Below are positions 50,930-63,102 of a DNA stretch of 64,000 bases, piece by piece. The position numbers and the translations under genes are program-made. Position 1 is the stretch's first letter. Each line of letters starts with the position of its first letter. The notes beneath the pieces were generated by a model. That model was given only the letters and a program-made list of their open reading frames with translations. It did no database searches and was not told where the DNA came from. This DNA comes from an uncultured Candidatus Entotheonella sp. (GTDB lineage Bacteria > Tectomicrobia > Entotheonellia > Entotheonellales > Entotheonellaceae), in contig CBDCDA010000002.1 in assembly GCA_965215335.1 (NCBI GenBank), positions 1,120,001 through 1,184,000 of the forward strand, in the 5' to 3' direction.

Positions 50930-52015
50930 ATGCCAGCGAGCCCACTTTTCAACCAGCATCACGAACTTCAAGCTTGCCTTGCGACCGTTGACGACTGGCA
51001 ACTACCCCTGCACTTCGGCGACCCAAAAGTCGAATACCGGGCGCTGCGGCACGGTTTCGGGCTGATCGATCTGTCGAACCGGGGCCTGATCCGCGTCGAG
51101 GGCCGGGACCGGCAACGCTTCCTGAACGCCATGTTGTCCAACAACACCGCCGACCTGGAGCCGGGACAGGGGTGCTACGCCACGTTTCTGAACCCCAAGG
51201 GACACATGGTGACGGACCTGGTGGTGTACGCTGACGAGGCGTCGTACCTCCTGGAGGTCGAGCCGCACGTCGTGTCCACCTTCCTGGAGGCCATCGACTT
51301 CTTCGTCATTTCCGAGGACGTCACGTTTGCGGTCGAGACCGAAAAGTGGGCTGCCATCGGTGTGCAGGGTCCCAAGGCCCCCGACGTGCTGGCTGCCGTG
51401 AGTGGTCAGGAACCGCTGCGGGACTTGGCGCCGTACGGCAGTCAGCCGTGCCAAATCGAGAGTCATGACGTATGGGTCGCGCGGCGCAGCTATACCCGCG
51501 AGCCGGGCTATCTGCTTCTCGCCGGCCTCGCGGCTGCGGAGGCCGTCTGGACGACGATCCGACAGCAGGGCGAGGTGTTCGAGGGGCGTGCGGTTGGCCT
51601 GGCGGCGCTGGATACCCTGCGTATTGAATCGGGCACGCCGCGTTTCGGCATCGACATGACGGACGCGACGATCCCGGTCGAGGCCAACCTGCAGGGCGCC
51701 ATCAGCTACACCAAGGGCTGCTACGTCGGGCAGGAGGTCATTGCGCGGATCGACGCGCGCGGGCACGTCAATCGCAGACTTGTCGGCCTGTTGCTCGGCG
51801 GCGCCGGGTTGCCCGAGACGGGGGCCAGGATTTTTTCTCCGCAGCGGGAGGTCGGTTGGATCACCAGCGCGACGCAATCGCCGGCCATGCAGCAGACAAT
51901 CGCCCTCGCCTACGTGCGCCGCGAATCCTTGGAGCCGGGCACGGCGTTGCAGGTACGCACGGATGCCGGTGACATCCCGGCGACAGTGAGCGCCTTGCCG
52001 TTCGGTGATCGCTGA
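50930..52015 (+). CDS. YgfZ/GcvT-family folate-binding protein
   Basis: DLSNRG, LRIESG, KGCYVGQE motif. Confidence 0.92.
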   Translation: MPASPLFNQHHELQACLATVDDWQLPLHFGDPKVEYRALRHGFGLIDLSNRGLIRVEGRDRQRFLNAMLSNNTADLEPGQGCYATFLNPKGHMVTDLVVYADEASYLLEVEPHVVSTFLEAIDFFVISEDVTFAVETEKWAAIGVQGPKAPDVLAAVSGQEPLRDLAPYGSQPCQIESHDVWVARRSYTREPGYLLLAGLAAAEAVWTTIRQQGEVFEGRAVGLAALDTLRIESGTPRFGIDMTDATIPVEANLQGAISYTKGCYVGQEVIARIDARGHVNRRLVGLLLGGAGLPETGARIFSPQREVGWITSATQSPAMQQTIALAYVRRESLEPGTALQVRTDAGDIPATVSALPFGDR

Positions 52016-52070
52016 TCCGTAATCGTGCCTGCCAACGCTCCGGTACTTCACCGCGCCATACAGTTTTTGT

Positions 52071-52098
52071 TGTCGGATTACGCTGCGCTAATCCGACA
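52071..52098 (-). repeat. REP-like palindrome
   Basis: TGTCGGATTA-CGCTGCGC-TAATCCGACA, perfect 10-bp stem. Confidence 0.75.
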
Positions 52099-52134
52099 TC
52101 CATGTCACGTTTACCAGCCCTGTGGAGATGAGCC

Positions 52135-54264
52135 ATGAGCTACGATCAAGCCGCGGTACGAGCCGTTCTCGATCAGGTGCGGGCGGATGGGCGCAGCGCC
52201 CTGACGGCCTCGGAAGGGAAACAGGTCTGCGAGGCGTACGGCATCGCCACGCCCCAGGAAGGCCTGGCGGCTTCGGCTGGCGAGGCGGTGAGTCTGGCGC
52301 AGCAGATCGGCTTTCCCGTGGTGCTCAAGATCGCTTCCTCCGACATTCTCCACAAGACGGACGCCGGCGGCGTCCTCACCGGACTCAGATCGCTTGCCGA
52401 GATCGAACAGGGCTACGCGACGATCATGGCGAACGCCACCGCGCATCAACCCGGCGCGGCGATCGACGGCGTACAGGTGCAACGCATGCTGGGCGCCGCG
52501 CACGAGGTCATCGTCGGCGCCGTCACGGACCCGAGTTTCGGCAAGTTGGTTGCCTTCGGCATGGGCGGCGTCATGGTCGAGGTGATGCAGGACGTGGCCT
52601 TCCGCCTGGCGCCAGCGTCGCATCAGGAAGCCGTCGGCATGCTCGACGACATCGCCGGCGCCGCGGTGCTGCGCGGCGTGCGGGGCGCTGCAGGGGTGGA
52701 TCGCGACGCCCTGGGCACGGTAATCGAAAGCGTCTCGCACCTGGTGCACGATTTCCCCGAAATCAGCGAGATGGACCTCAATCCGGTGTTCGCCGACAGC
52801 GCCGGTGCCACGGCTGTCGACGTACGCATCCTGGTGGATTTTGACGCTGCCGTTGCGCCCCCTCGTCTATCCCGCGACGACATCCTGCGGGCCATGCGCC
52901 GCATCATGCAGCCCGAGGCGGTGGCGGTCATCGGAGCGTCGCCGGACGATGGAAAGGTCGGCAATTCGGTGATGAAGAATCTCGTCAACGGCGGCTACCA
53001 GGGCCAGATTTACCCGATTCACCCGCGCGCCGCGGAGATTCTGGGGCGAAAGTGTTACCCGCGCGTCGCCGACGTGCCGTCCGAGGTGGACATCGCCGTC
53101 TTCTGCATCCCGGCGCGCTTTGTGGCCGGCGTGCTGGCGGAAGTGGGTGAGAAAGGCATTCCCGGGGCGATCCTTATTCCCTCCGGGTTCGCCGAGGTGG
53201 GAGAGGATGCCCTGCAGCAGGAGGTCGTCAGGGTGGCGCGCGAGCACAACGTGCGCCTCATGGGGCCAAACATATACGGGTTCTACTACACCCACAAGAA
53301 CCTGTGCGCGACCTTCTGCACGCCGTATGACGAAAAGGGCGCCGTGGCCCTGTCGTCGCAGAGCGGCGGGGTCGGCATGGCGATCATCGGCTTCAGCCGC
53401 TCGGCGAAGATGGGCGTGTCGGCGATTGTCGGACTGGGGAACAAGGCGGACATCGACGAGGATGACCTGCTGACCTTTTTCGAGCAGGACCCGAACACTC
53501 AGGTCGTGGCCATGCACGTCGAGGACCTGAAGGACGGGCGAGCCTTTGCCGACGTCGCCCGGCGGGTATCCAGGCACAAGCCGGTGGTGGTGCTGAAGGC
53601 GGGCCGCACGGCGATGGGCGCGCGGGCGGCACGGTCGCACACCGGCGCCCTGGCGGGCAACGACGCCATTTACGACGCGGTGCTGCGTCAGAGCGGCGTC
53701 ATTCGCGCCCGCAACCTCAACGACATGCTGGAGTTTGCCCGCGGGCTGCAAATCCTGCCGGCACCGCAGGGCGAAAACGTCGTCATCGTGACCGGCGCCG
53801 GCGGCGCCGGCGTGCTGCTTTCCGACGCCTGCGTGGACCACGGCCTCGACCTGATGGCCATGCCACCCGACCTCGACGCCGCCTTCAAGGCATTCATCCC
53901 GCCGTTCGGCGCTTCCGGCAATCCCATCGACATCACCGGTGGCGAGCCCCCCGCCACCTATCGCAACACCATCCAGCTCGCCCTCGATGACGCCCGTATC
54001 CACGCCCTCATCCTCGGCTATTGGCATACCATCATCACGCCGCCCCTGGTGTTCGCCACCCTCCTGCGAGAAGTCGTGACGGAAGCCAGGGAACGCGGCA
54101 TCCACAAGCCCGTCGTGGCCTCGCTGGTCGGCGACGTCGAGGTCGAAGACGCCTGCCGCTATCTCGTCGATCACAGCATCCTGGCCTACCCGTACACGAC
54201 CGAAAAACCCGTTGCGGTTTTGGGCGCCAAGTATCGCTGGGCGCGGATTGCGGGGGTGCTGTAG
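52135..54264 (+). CDS. ADP-forming acyl-CoA synthetase (ATP-grasp domain N-terminal, CoA-binding C-terminal)
   Basis: VVLKIAS.DILHKTDAGGV, DLNPV, AVIGAS, GPN, SQSGG, SHTGAL, NPIDITG. Confidence 0.92.
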   Translation: MSYDQAAVRAVLDQVRADGRSALTASEGKQVCEAYGIATPQEGLAASAGEAVSLAQQIGFPVVLKIASSDILHKTDAGGVLTGLRSLAEIEQGYATIMANATAHQPGAAIDGVQVQRMLGAAHEVIVGAVTDPSFGKLVAFGMGGVMVEVMQDVAFRLAPASHQEAVGMLDDIAGAAVLRGVRGAAGVDRDALGTVIESVSHLVHDFPEISEMDLNPVFADSAGATAVDVRILVDFDAAVAPPRLSRDDILRAMRRIMQPEAVAVIGASPDDGKVGNSVMKNLVNGGYQGQIYPIHPRAAEILGRKCYPRVADVPSEVDIAVFCIPARFVAGVLAEVGEKGIPGAILIPSGFAEVGEDALQQEVVRVAREHNVRLMGPNIYGFYYTHKNLCATFCTPYDEKGAVALSSQSGGVGMAIIGFSRSAKMGVSAIVGLGNKADIDEDDLLTFFEQDPNTQVVAMHVEDLKDGRAFADVARRVSRHKPVVVLKAGRTAMGARAARSHTGALAGNDAIYDAVLRQSGVIRARNLNDMLEFARGLQILPAPQGENVVIVTGAGGAGVLLSDACVDHGLDLMAMPPDLDAAFKAFIPPFGASGNPIDITGGEPPATYRNTIQLALDDARIHALILGYWHTIITPPLVFATLLREVVTEARERGIHKPVVASLVGDVEVEDACRYLVDHSILAYPYTTEKPVAVLGAKYRWARIAGVL

Positions 54265-54279
54265 GCGATGTAGAACCAA

Positions 54280-54591
54280 ATGCGCGTATATTTCCTCTCC
54301 AGCATGTTTCTTTTTTCCATTTTGATTCAAGGGTGCGCCGTTAGTTTGAATCAATATGGTGAAACGGTTCGGTTTGTTGATGATAAAGAAAGATACAGAT
54401 GTGCTTTGCTCACTATAGTAACTGGCTCCAACTCTTTGGGATATAGTACTGCACATGACGCCGAGGGAGCAATGAACGAGGTCAGAAACAAAGCTGCAAA
54501 AGCCGGTGCAAACGCAGTTAAACTGATCGATATAGATTCAAGTTACGTGTCTGTTACCGCTGTTGGTGAGGCTTTGAGGTGCGAGTTTTAG
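54280..54591 (+). CDS. AT-rich putative lipoprotein
   Basis: Lipobox-like IQGC; MNEVRNKAAKAGANAV; ~37% GC counted over 54301-54420. Confidence 0.75.
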   Translation: MRVYFLSSMFLFSILIQGCAVSLNQYGETVRFVDDKERYRCALLTIVTGSNSLGYSTAHDAEGAMNEVRNKAAKAGANAVKLIDIDSSYVSVTAVGEALRCEF

Positions 54592-54653
54592 AGTCATTTA
54601 ACCTTTTCTTAACCAGGAAGGTTGTGATGACACACATACTTGGAGGAGACATC

Positions 54654-54896
54654 ATGGCACGATCCAAAATAACGGTTTCACTTGATGAGCAGACGCTACG
54701 GCAACTCGACCGATTGGTGGCGGAGGAAGTATTTTCCAGCCGCAGCCAAGCCATTCAGATGGCGGTGCAAGAGAAACTGGCGCCTTTGGATCGGGGTCGC
54801 TTGTCTCGCGAGTGTTCAAAACTCGACCCGGCTTTCGAAAAGGCGTTGGCTGAAGAAGGACTTGCTGAGGACACGTCTGCATGGCCCGCATATTGA
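54654..54896 (+). CDS. CopG/RHH antitoxin
   Basis: KITVSLDE..L..LD.LV....SRSQAIQ; overlaps toxin start. Confidence 0.88.
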   Translation: MARSKITVSLDEQTLRQLDRLVAEEVFSSRSQAIQMAVQEKLAPLDRGRLSRECSKLDPAFEKALAEEGLAEDTSAWPAY

Positions 54897-55222
54897 GGGG
54901 TGACATTCGATGGGCAGATTTGAATCCGGTGCGGGGGCATGAGCAGGCTGGTCAGCGGCCGGTGTTAATCCTCAGTCACGACGTCTTCAACGAGCGTTCA
55001 GGCACCGTCATCGCTATGGCGTTGACCAGCCAACTGCAACGCGCAGGCTTTCCTCTAACTCTTGAACTCCAAACGCGCGGTCTGCCGCGACGGTCCTGGG
55101 TGAAAATCAGTCAAATTCGTACGCTCACCGTTGAAAGAATCGGGGAGTGCTTGGCGCGCGTCGCGCCTGAGGACTTGGCGCGTGTCATCCAGGGTCTCAA
55201 CGAGATCATCAATCCTGCCTGA
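54881..55222 (+). CDS. mazF: PemK/MazF-family toxin
   Basis: RGDIRWADLNPVRGHEQAGQRPVLILS, QIRTL. Confidence 0.92.
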   Translation: MARILRGDIRWADLNPVRGHEQAGQRPVLILSHDVFNERSGTVIAMALTSQLQRAGFPLTLELQTRGLPRRSWVKISQIRTLTVERIGECLARVAPEDLARVIQGLNEIINPA

Positions 55223-55224
55223 CA

Positions 55225-55602
55225 CATGAACGTATCTTTGAGTCCAAATCCTTACAGACGGCTACGATCGGAAAGACGGATGAGGGTTGGGTGGGCAAGG
55301 CACAGGTCGATGCCAGTGACCGCCGAGAAGTGGTGTTGCCAGACGGCAGCACCGTCACAACCACCTGTTTGCCAAAGGGGGAGTTTGATATTTTGGCTGT
55401 TAACGTTTTTGCCTTTGAAGATACTTGGCGCTTTGTCTTTGCAAAGAATTCCGATCTCTCCACATCGAACTACAGGAAGTACACGGAATATCAACGACGA
55501 CATCTGCTTGCTACATTGGTCGAAGTTCACTGGCCTCCAAAGCCGCCGTTTTCCGAAGAGCCATTCACGTTGATGAACGAGATCATTCAGAATCGCATCT
55601 GA
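55225..55602 (+). pseudogene. 5'-truncated putative type II restriction endonuclease
   Basis: Frame reads IFESKSLQT...AQVDASDRR...FDILAVN (ExK motif) with no start or RBS before the motif; convergent with an MTase. Confidence 0.55.
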
Positions 55603-56394
55603 AATGCCTCTTTCCCCTTCGGAATTTTCACGAACACAAGAAAGTAGGAATGGTTCTTCCGCGCATGTGCCTGTTTCAGTAACCGGCTCATTCCAGGTTT
55701 GTTGGGCCGTACAACAACGAACAGATCCTTGCAGAAGAAACCCATATCTGCATACGCGGTGATGACTTCTACGTGGGTGAGATTTTGGCGGTTAGCGCTG
55801 ACTTCATCCTGGCATTTCACAATGAATACGCCGCGGTCGCGCAGTACGCGATGGGCTTCGCGCCCGCCTGCCTCGTATAGCTCCACGACTGCTGCATGCC
55901 ATTTCCCGCTGCCGTTTCTTGGCGCTTCGTGTCCGTTCGCATAGTAGTCGCGAAAAGCGTTATGCGTTCCCGCGCCGGCTTTGATCGAATTACCGTTTCG
56001 GAAGAACCCCTCCATGTAGGGCGGATCAAAGACGATACAGTCAAACGATTCAGCCTCGTAAGGCAGATCGCGGCAGTCGATTCCATCAGCGATGTCTGAG
56101 GCATGAAAGTCGTACTTCTCAGTATGGATCTTCCGCCAGAAGACGCCTTCCTCCATAGGTAACGTCGGCCACCTTAGATCCTTCCGGGACATGGAGGCTC
56201 AGCACATTGGGAAAGACGTCTGCGTTGTTTCCCACGTAGGCCGATACAACTACGTTGCTCGTGGCAACCCCGTCCGGTTTTTTCCGCCCCGATGGCGTTT
56301 GTTCTTCCGATGCGGACATGAGATTCAATTGCTCTTGCGCCACGGCTTGGCCACCCTTCCCAGTCTCGCTTTCAAGGATGCTTCGAATGGCCAT
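55587..56394 (-). pseudogene. Amino (N4/N6) DNA methyltransferase split by a frameshift near 56151
   Basis: VADVTYG in one frame, EGVFWR...FDPPY...KCQD in another; one extra base in TATGGAGGAAGGC. Confidence 0.8.
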
Positions 56395-56463
56395 CCGCAC
56401 TTCGTGCGTACACCACCTACAGCGGAATGACAACCGCTCGGGTCGGCGCGACGATCACACAAT

Positions 56464-56730
56464 CTATCCGAACAACGCATCCACCGCCAGCCCGGTACTG
56501 CTGGTTCCGCGCGCCGTTTCACCCTGCTTGAACGTCAGGGGATTGTCGGGGTCGCCAGCCCGGTAGGGTTTAATGACAGTCTCGCTCCGTAAGTCCACGT
56601 CCCAGACGACAAGGGTGCCGCAGGCGAAATAATCGGCGGCGCTTCTCGCGCACGGCCCGTTCGGCTGCCGGGCCATGATCGTTTTCGCTGCGTATTTCCA
56701 CCGCAACAATGGGCGCCTCTTCGAGGCATC
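56464..56730 (-). pseudogene. Uma2 (DUF820) endonuclease relic with several frameshifts
   Basis: APIVAVEIRSENDHGPAAE / DYFACGTLVVWDVD / AEPAVPGW in three frames. Confidence 0.75.
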
Positions 56731-56891
56731 GCATGCCGTGCGGGGGCCAACAGCGCGGCGTTCATGACATCCCGGCAACCTGCGAAAACGACGGCCTCGC
56801 AGCGGCTTGGGCGGTCAGGGGTCTCAGTCAGCACCGTTTCCCGATCCCGGGGGTTGTACACGGTGCGCGGTGCCGGTGCCGGTTACGGGGA

Positions 56892-58415
<1,524 letters not shown>

Positions 58416-58478
58416 TTATCCTAACGAAAAACACGGCGTCTTGACAACCGGCGGGCGCGAGCGCCTGGTCAGAGCGCT

Positions 58479-60113
58479 TCAGTAGCCGACGGCCTGCCCG
58501 TCGCGACGCGGGTCGGCGGCTCCGCTCAGGGCGCCGGATTGCGGGTCGATGCGGATGGCGTGCACGCCGCCGAAGTAGCGGTCCATGACGGCATGGCGTC
58601 TGACGGTGTGGCCTTTCTGTTCCAGTTGTGCGGCCACTTGTGGTTGAATGCCCGCTTCCAGGTGCAGGACGCCGTCCTGCCAGTGCGCGCGCGGCGCGGC
58701 CACCGCGGCGGCCAGGTCCATGTCGTGGTCGATGACGTTGGACAGGGTTTGCAGCACCGCGGAGGGGATGCGATGACTGGCGGGAGACCCCAGAATCATG
58801 AAGGCGCGGTCGTTCTTCAGTACGATGGTCGGGCACATGTGACTGCGCGGGATTTTGTGCGGCGCCACGGCGTTGATGTGGGTGCGGCCTTCGGAAAAAT
58901 CGTTCATTTCGCCGTTGAGCAGCAGGCCGGTCCCGTCCAGCACCATGCCGGAGCCCCAGAAGAGGCCGATGGTCTGTGTGGCGGAGACGATGTTGCCCCA
59001 GCGGTCGATGATCGAGTAGTGCGTCGTGCAGCCCTGACCGTCATCGGGCGAGCTGTCGGGCAAGAACGACGGGTTGGCGCGGTCGAACGACAGGTTGCGG
59101 CTGAGGTCGGCGGCCCATGCCTTGTCGATCAGCTCGTGCGTCGGAATCGACGGCAGGGTATCGGGGTCGGCGACGTAGCGCTCGCCGACCGCGAATGACG
59201 CCTTGAGCGCCTCGGCGATCAGGTGGATGGTGTCGGCAGCGTGCGGCCCCCAGTCGCGCACGGGGTAGCGTTCCAGGACGTTGAGCACCTGGAGCAGTCG
59301 CATGCCGCCGGTGCTTGGCGGCGGGGTCGTCAACAAGGTGTAACCGCGGTAGGTGCCGCGGATAATGGGGCGTTCACGCGTTCGGTAGGTGGCCAGGTCG
59401 CTTGCGGCGACCAGGCCGCCGTGGGCTGCCATGAAACGGCCAAGCCGACGGGCAAACGTATCCTGGCCGAAGGCTTCCAGCCCGACTTCCGAGATATGGG
59501 CCAGGGTCTGCGCCAGTTCCGGCTGCCGCAACGATTCGCCGGCGGGTATGGGGCCTTCGGGGCGGGTGAAGATGCGAGCCGTCGTGGGGTAGCGAGACAG
59601 GAGGTCATGGTAAGCGGCGAATTGCTTGGCCATTTTGGGGGTTATGGTGATGCCGTGTTCAGCATGGTGGATGGCTGGCGTGATCATGGGTTCCAGCGTC
59701 CGACGCGCCAGCAGGCCGAAATGGGCGGCGGCGTGGGCGAGCCCGCTGGGCATGCCGGGCACCGCTACCGCCAGCGGGCCGTGCAGGGTAAGATCGTGTA
59801 CGGATTGGCCGGTGCCGTAGTAGTGGTCGGGCGTCGCGGCGGCGGGGGTTCTTTCCCGGAAGTCCAGACATAGAACCCGACCATTGCCGAGGCGGGCGGC
59901 GGGAGAGTCGGCACGGCTGTCCGGCATCCATATCGTCATGAACCCGCCGCCGCCCAGGCCGGAGGCGTAGGGCTCGACGACGCCGAGGGTGAATGAAATC
60001 GCCAGCGCGGCGTCGATCGCATTGCCGCCGCGTTGCAGCATCACAAGGCCGGTCCGTGCGGCCGCCGGATGCGCGGCGCATACCATGCCCTGCGACCCGT
60101 GAGGTCTGTCCAT
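58479..60113 (-). CDS. ggt: Gamma-glutamyltransferase
   Basis: [28 protein letters not shown] nucleophile Thr, [15 protein letters not shown]; no signal peptide. Confidence 0.93.
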   Translation of the reverse strand: MDRPHGSQGMVCAAHPAAARTGLVMLQRGGNAIDAALAISFTLGVVEPYASGLGGGGFMTIWMPDSRADSPAARLGNGRVLCLDFRERTPAAATPDHYYGTGQSVHDLTLHGPLAVAVPGMPSGLAHAAAHFGLLARRTLEPMITPAIHHAEHGITITPKMAKQFAAYHDLLSRYPTTARIFTRPEGPIPAGESLRQPELAQTLAHISEVGLEAFGQDTFARRLGRFMAAHGGLVAASDLATYRTRERPIIRGTYRGYTLLTTPPPSTGGMRLLQVLNVLERYPVRDWGPHAADTIHLIAEALKASFAVGERYVADPDTLPSIPTHELIDKAWAADLSRNLSFDRANPSFLPDSSPDDGQGCTTHYSIIDRWGNIVSATQTIGLFWGSGMVLDGTGLLLNGEMNDFSEGRTHINAVAPHKIPRSHMCPTIVLKNDRAFMILGSPASHRIPSAVLQTLSNVIDHDMDLAAAVAAPRAHWQDGVLHLEAGIQPQVAAQLEQKGHTVRRHAVMDRYFGGVHAIRIDPQSGALSGAADPRRDGQAVGY

Positions 60114-60192
60114 TTCCAAATCTGAACCTTTTCCGCGGAACCAACGGGCGGGACGACAGCAGGCCACCGTCCTTTGCGAAGGAGACCCATCC

Positions 60193-61833
60193 ATGAGCCG
60201 GCTCACGATGTCCACAGCCTGGAAAGCCCTGGAGGCTCACAGAGAAGTCATCGCCGCCCAACACATGCGCGACCTGTTTGCCGCCGACCCGCGGCGGTTC
60301 GATACGTTTTCGCTGCGGTTCGGGGGCATGCTGCTGGACTATTCCAAGAATCGGATTACCGTCCAAACGATGCGGTTGCTACGCGACCTGGCGATGCAGG
60401 CGAATCTGCCCGGCTGGATCGCGCGCATGTTCACAGGCAGCAAGATTAACACGACCGAGGGGCGCGCCGTGCTGCACGTCGCGCTGCGAAACCGCGCCGA
60501 TCGTCCCATATTCGTGGACGGCAAGGACGTGATGCCGCAGGTCAACGAGGTGCTGGGCCGCATGCAGGCGTTCAGCACCGCGGTGCGCCAGGGAACCTGG
60601 ACGGGCTGCGACGGCAGAGCGTTTACCGACGTGGTGAATATCGGCATCGGCGGTTCCGACCTGGGTCCCGTCATGGTCACGGAGGCGCTCAAGCCTTATG
60701 CCCGGGAAGGGCTGCACATGCGTTTCGTCTCCAATATCGACGGCACCCAGCTGGCCGAGACGCTGAAGCATTGCCGACCCGAGACGACGCTGTTTCTCGT
60801 TGCGTCCAAGACCTTCACGACCCAGGAAACGATGACCAATGCCCGCACGGCCAGGACGTGGTTCTTGCGCCAGGCCGGGGACGACGCTCACGTGGCCAGG
60901 CACTTCGTGGCGCTGTCCATGAACGCCGAAGCGGTGCGCGCCTTCGGCATCGACCCGGCCAACATGTTTCCGGTCTGGGACTGGGTGGGGGGACGCTATT
61001 CGTTGTGGTCGGCCATCGGTTTGTCGATTGCGATTGCCATCGGCTTCGACAACTTCAGCGCGCTGCTAGACGGGGCGCACGACATGGACGAGCATTTCCG
61101 CACGGCGCCGCTTGAAGAAAACCTCCCTGCCACGCTCGGGCTGCTGGGTATCTGGTACAACAACTTTTTCGGTGCCCAGACCCACGCGATCCTGCCGTAC
61201 GATCAATACCTGCATCGCTTTCCCGCCTATTTCCAGCAGGGCGACATGGAGAGCAACGGCAAGGGCGTCCAGCGCGACGGAACGCTGGTTGACCATACGA
61301 CAGGTCCGGTCGTCTGGGGTGAGCCGGGCACCAATGGGCAGCACGCGTTCTACCAACTCATGCATCAGGGCACCCGCCTCATTCCGTGTGACTTCATCGC
61401 GCCCGTGAAGAGTCACAACGCGGTCGGCGACCACCACAGGATTCTGCTGTCGAATTTCTTCGCGCAGTCGGAGGCTCTGATGAAGGGTAAAACCGCCGAG
61501 GAGGTGCGCACCGAACTCGCCGAAAGCGGTGTCAGCGAGTCGGCCATGGCAGACCTCATTCCCCACATGGTGCATGCCGGCAACAAGCCGACCAACAGCA
61601 TCCTGGTGCCTCGGATCACGCCGAGAATTCTCGGGCAGCTCCTCGCGCTCTACGAGCACAAGATCTTCACGCAGGGGATCATCTGGAACATCAATTCATT
61701 CGATCAATGGGGGGTGGAACTCGGCAAGCAGCTTGCCAACGCCATTCTGCCCAAACTGGAAGGCACGGCTGAAGTCACCGGTCATGACAGCTCGACGAAC
61801 GGGCTGATCAATTACTACAAAGCCAACAGATAG
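60193..61833 (+). CDS. pgi: Glucose-6-phosphate isomerase
   Basis: [46 protein letters not shown]. Confidence 0.98.
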   Translation: MSRLTMSTAWKALEAHREVIAAQHMRDLFAADPRRFDTFSLRFGGMLLDYSKNRITVQTMRLLRDLAMQANLPGWIARMFTGSKINTTEGRAVLHVALRNRADRPIFVDGKDVMPQVNEVLGRMQAFSTAVRQGTWTGCDGRAFTDVVNIGIGGSDLGPVMVTEALKPYAREGLHMRFVSNIDGTQLAETLKHCRPETTLFLVASKTFTTQETMTNARTARTWFLRQAGDDAHVARHFVALSMNAEAVRAFGIDPANMFPVWDWVGGRYSLWSAIGLSIAIAIGFDNFSALLDGAHDMDEHFRTAPLEENLPATLGLLGIWYNNFFGAQTHAILPYDQYLHRFPAYFQQGDMESNGKGVQRDGTLVDHTTGPVVWGEPGTNGQHAFYQLMHQGTRLIPCDFIAPVKSHNAVGDHHRILLSNFFAQSEALMKGKTAEEVRTELAESGVSESAMADLIPHMVHAGNKPTNSILVPRITPRILGQLLALYEHKIFTQGIIWNINSFDQWGVELGKQLANAILPKLEGTAEVTGHDSSTNGLINYYKANR

Positions 61834-61917
61834 ATAGCGAAACCGGGGACGACCGAGAGAGGCATCGTCAACGACAACAGGGGCGACCGGGTGTGTGTCC
61901 GTCGCCCCTGGGGAGGT

Positions 61918-62988
61918 TCAGTACAGCGCCACCGGGTTGCCGGGGGAACCGGTCGCGCCGATGATCTTCAGGGGCGACCACACGAACAGGAATTCGTATA
62001 CCCCGTCCCGGATCAGTGGTGTGAAGTCAAGATTTTCGATGTTCCAGATACCCCGCCGCGTTTGCAATTCGGTATGGCAGGGTACGGCGTACCCTTCTTC
62101 CTCACCGACCGGCTGGGCGTCATTCGCCGACGTGTCGCCGCCGGTCAGGATGACTCTACGCTCGGCAAAATACTCGCAGGCGCTGATGCCGAAGCCCGGT
62201 TCGCCGGAATTGAACATCTGCCGCCGCTGCGCCTTCTCTTCCGCAGACAGGGTGGGCCACACTTCGTTCGCCCACAGGTCGCCGTGGCCGGTGTACAGGA
62301 ACACGCAGTCGCCCTCGCTGATGTCCGAGAGGCCCTGCTTGTGCAGGATGCCTCGCACATCGTCGGCGGTAACGATGCCCGGGCTGTCCGTCGAGCGCGG
62401 GATCGGCAGCGGGTTGATGCCCTTGTAATCGGCGGCGTTCAGCAGCACGCCGCGGCACACGAAACCCTTCTCCGCGACGAACTCGACACCGAGACCGCCC
62501 ATGCCGATGACGCGCCCACCGGCGCCGCGGGTGTAGGTTTCAGCAGCCATCTGGCCGTTGTAGAAGAAATCGCCCTGCGAGGTGCGGACGCCGATGTGCC
62601 CCGGACCGTCGAACTGCGTGCTCACCTGACCTATTTCAGTGGTTACCATCTCGTCATGATATACCAAGTTGTTCTTGCCGAACGGGCCGCCGGTGGGGGT
62701 GCCGGGGATGGTCAGGCTCCAGCTGCGGGGACCGAAGAGGGGAACGTCGGAGGCGTACAGTTTGCCAAGCGTCGCCACCTTGCCTTGCCTGACCAGCCTG
62801 ACCGCGTTCAAAACGATATCCGGCGTGGTGCGATTGGGTGCGCCGACTCGATCGTCCGGACCCCATTCCGTTGGGGCCCAGTTTTCCTTGAGCGGCTTGT
62901 CGTCCATCTGGGCATGGGCCATTGCGGTAAACAGGCATGCCGCGACGACCATTGCCAGCGCGGAGAACCTGTTCATTTTGAGTGCCAT
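61918..62988 (-). CDS. Secreted cyclase-family (kynurenine formamidase-like) protein
   Basis: Signal ending AMAHA-Q, WGPDDRVGAPN, TQFDGPGH, IENL, GATGSPGNPVA. Confidence 0.88.
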   Translation of the reverse strand: MALKMNRFSALAMVVAACLFTAMAHAQMDDKPLKENWAPTEWGPDDRVGAPNRTTPDIVLNAVRLVRQGKVATLGKLYASDVPLFGPRSWSLTIPGTPTGGPFGKNNLVYHDEMVTTEIGQVSTQFDGPGHIGVRTSQGDFFYNGQMAAETYTRGAGGRVIGMGGLGVEFVAEKGFVCRGVLLNAADYKGINPLPIPRSTDSPGIVTADDVRGILHKQGLSDISEGDCVFLYTGHGDLWANEVWPTLSAEEKAQRRQMFNSGEPGFGISACEYFAERRVILTGGDTSANDAQPVGEEEGYAVPCHTELQTRRGIWNIENLDFTPLIRDGVYEFLFVWSPLKIIGATGSPGNPVALY

Positions 62989-63067
62989 ATCCTCTCTCCT
63001 TGGATCAGAGATACACGTTCCGTGAGGTAACGAGGTATCGCTACCGATTAGCAGGGCAGAGACGAGT

Positions 63068-63097
63068 ATTAACATCACAAGCGGCTTGTGATGTCAA
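63068..63097 (-). promoter_or_regulatory. Promoter with overlapping perfect inverted repeat (operator or terminator)
   Basis: Minus-strand TTGACA (63097-92); ACATCACAAG-CGG-CTTGTGATGT at 63072-94. Confidence 0.55.
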
Positions 63098-63102
63098 GCG
63101 GA

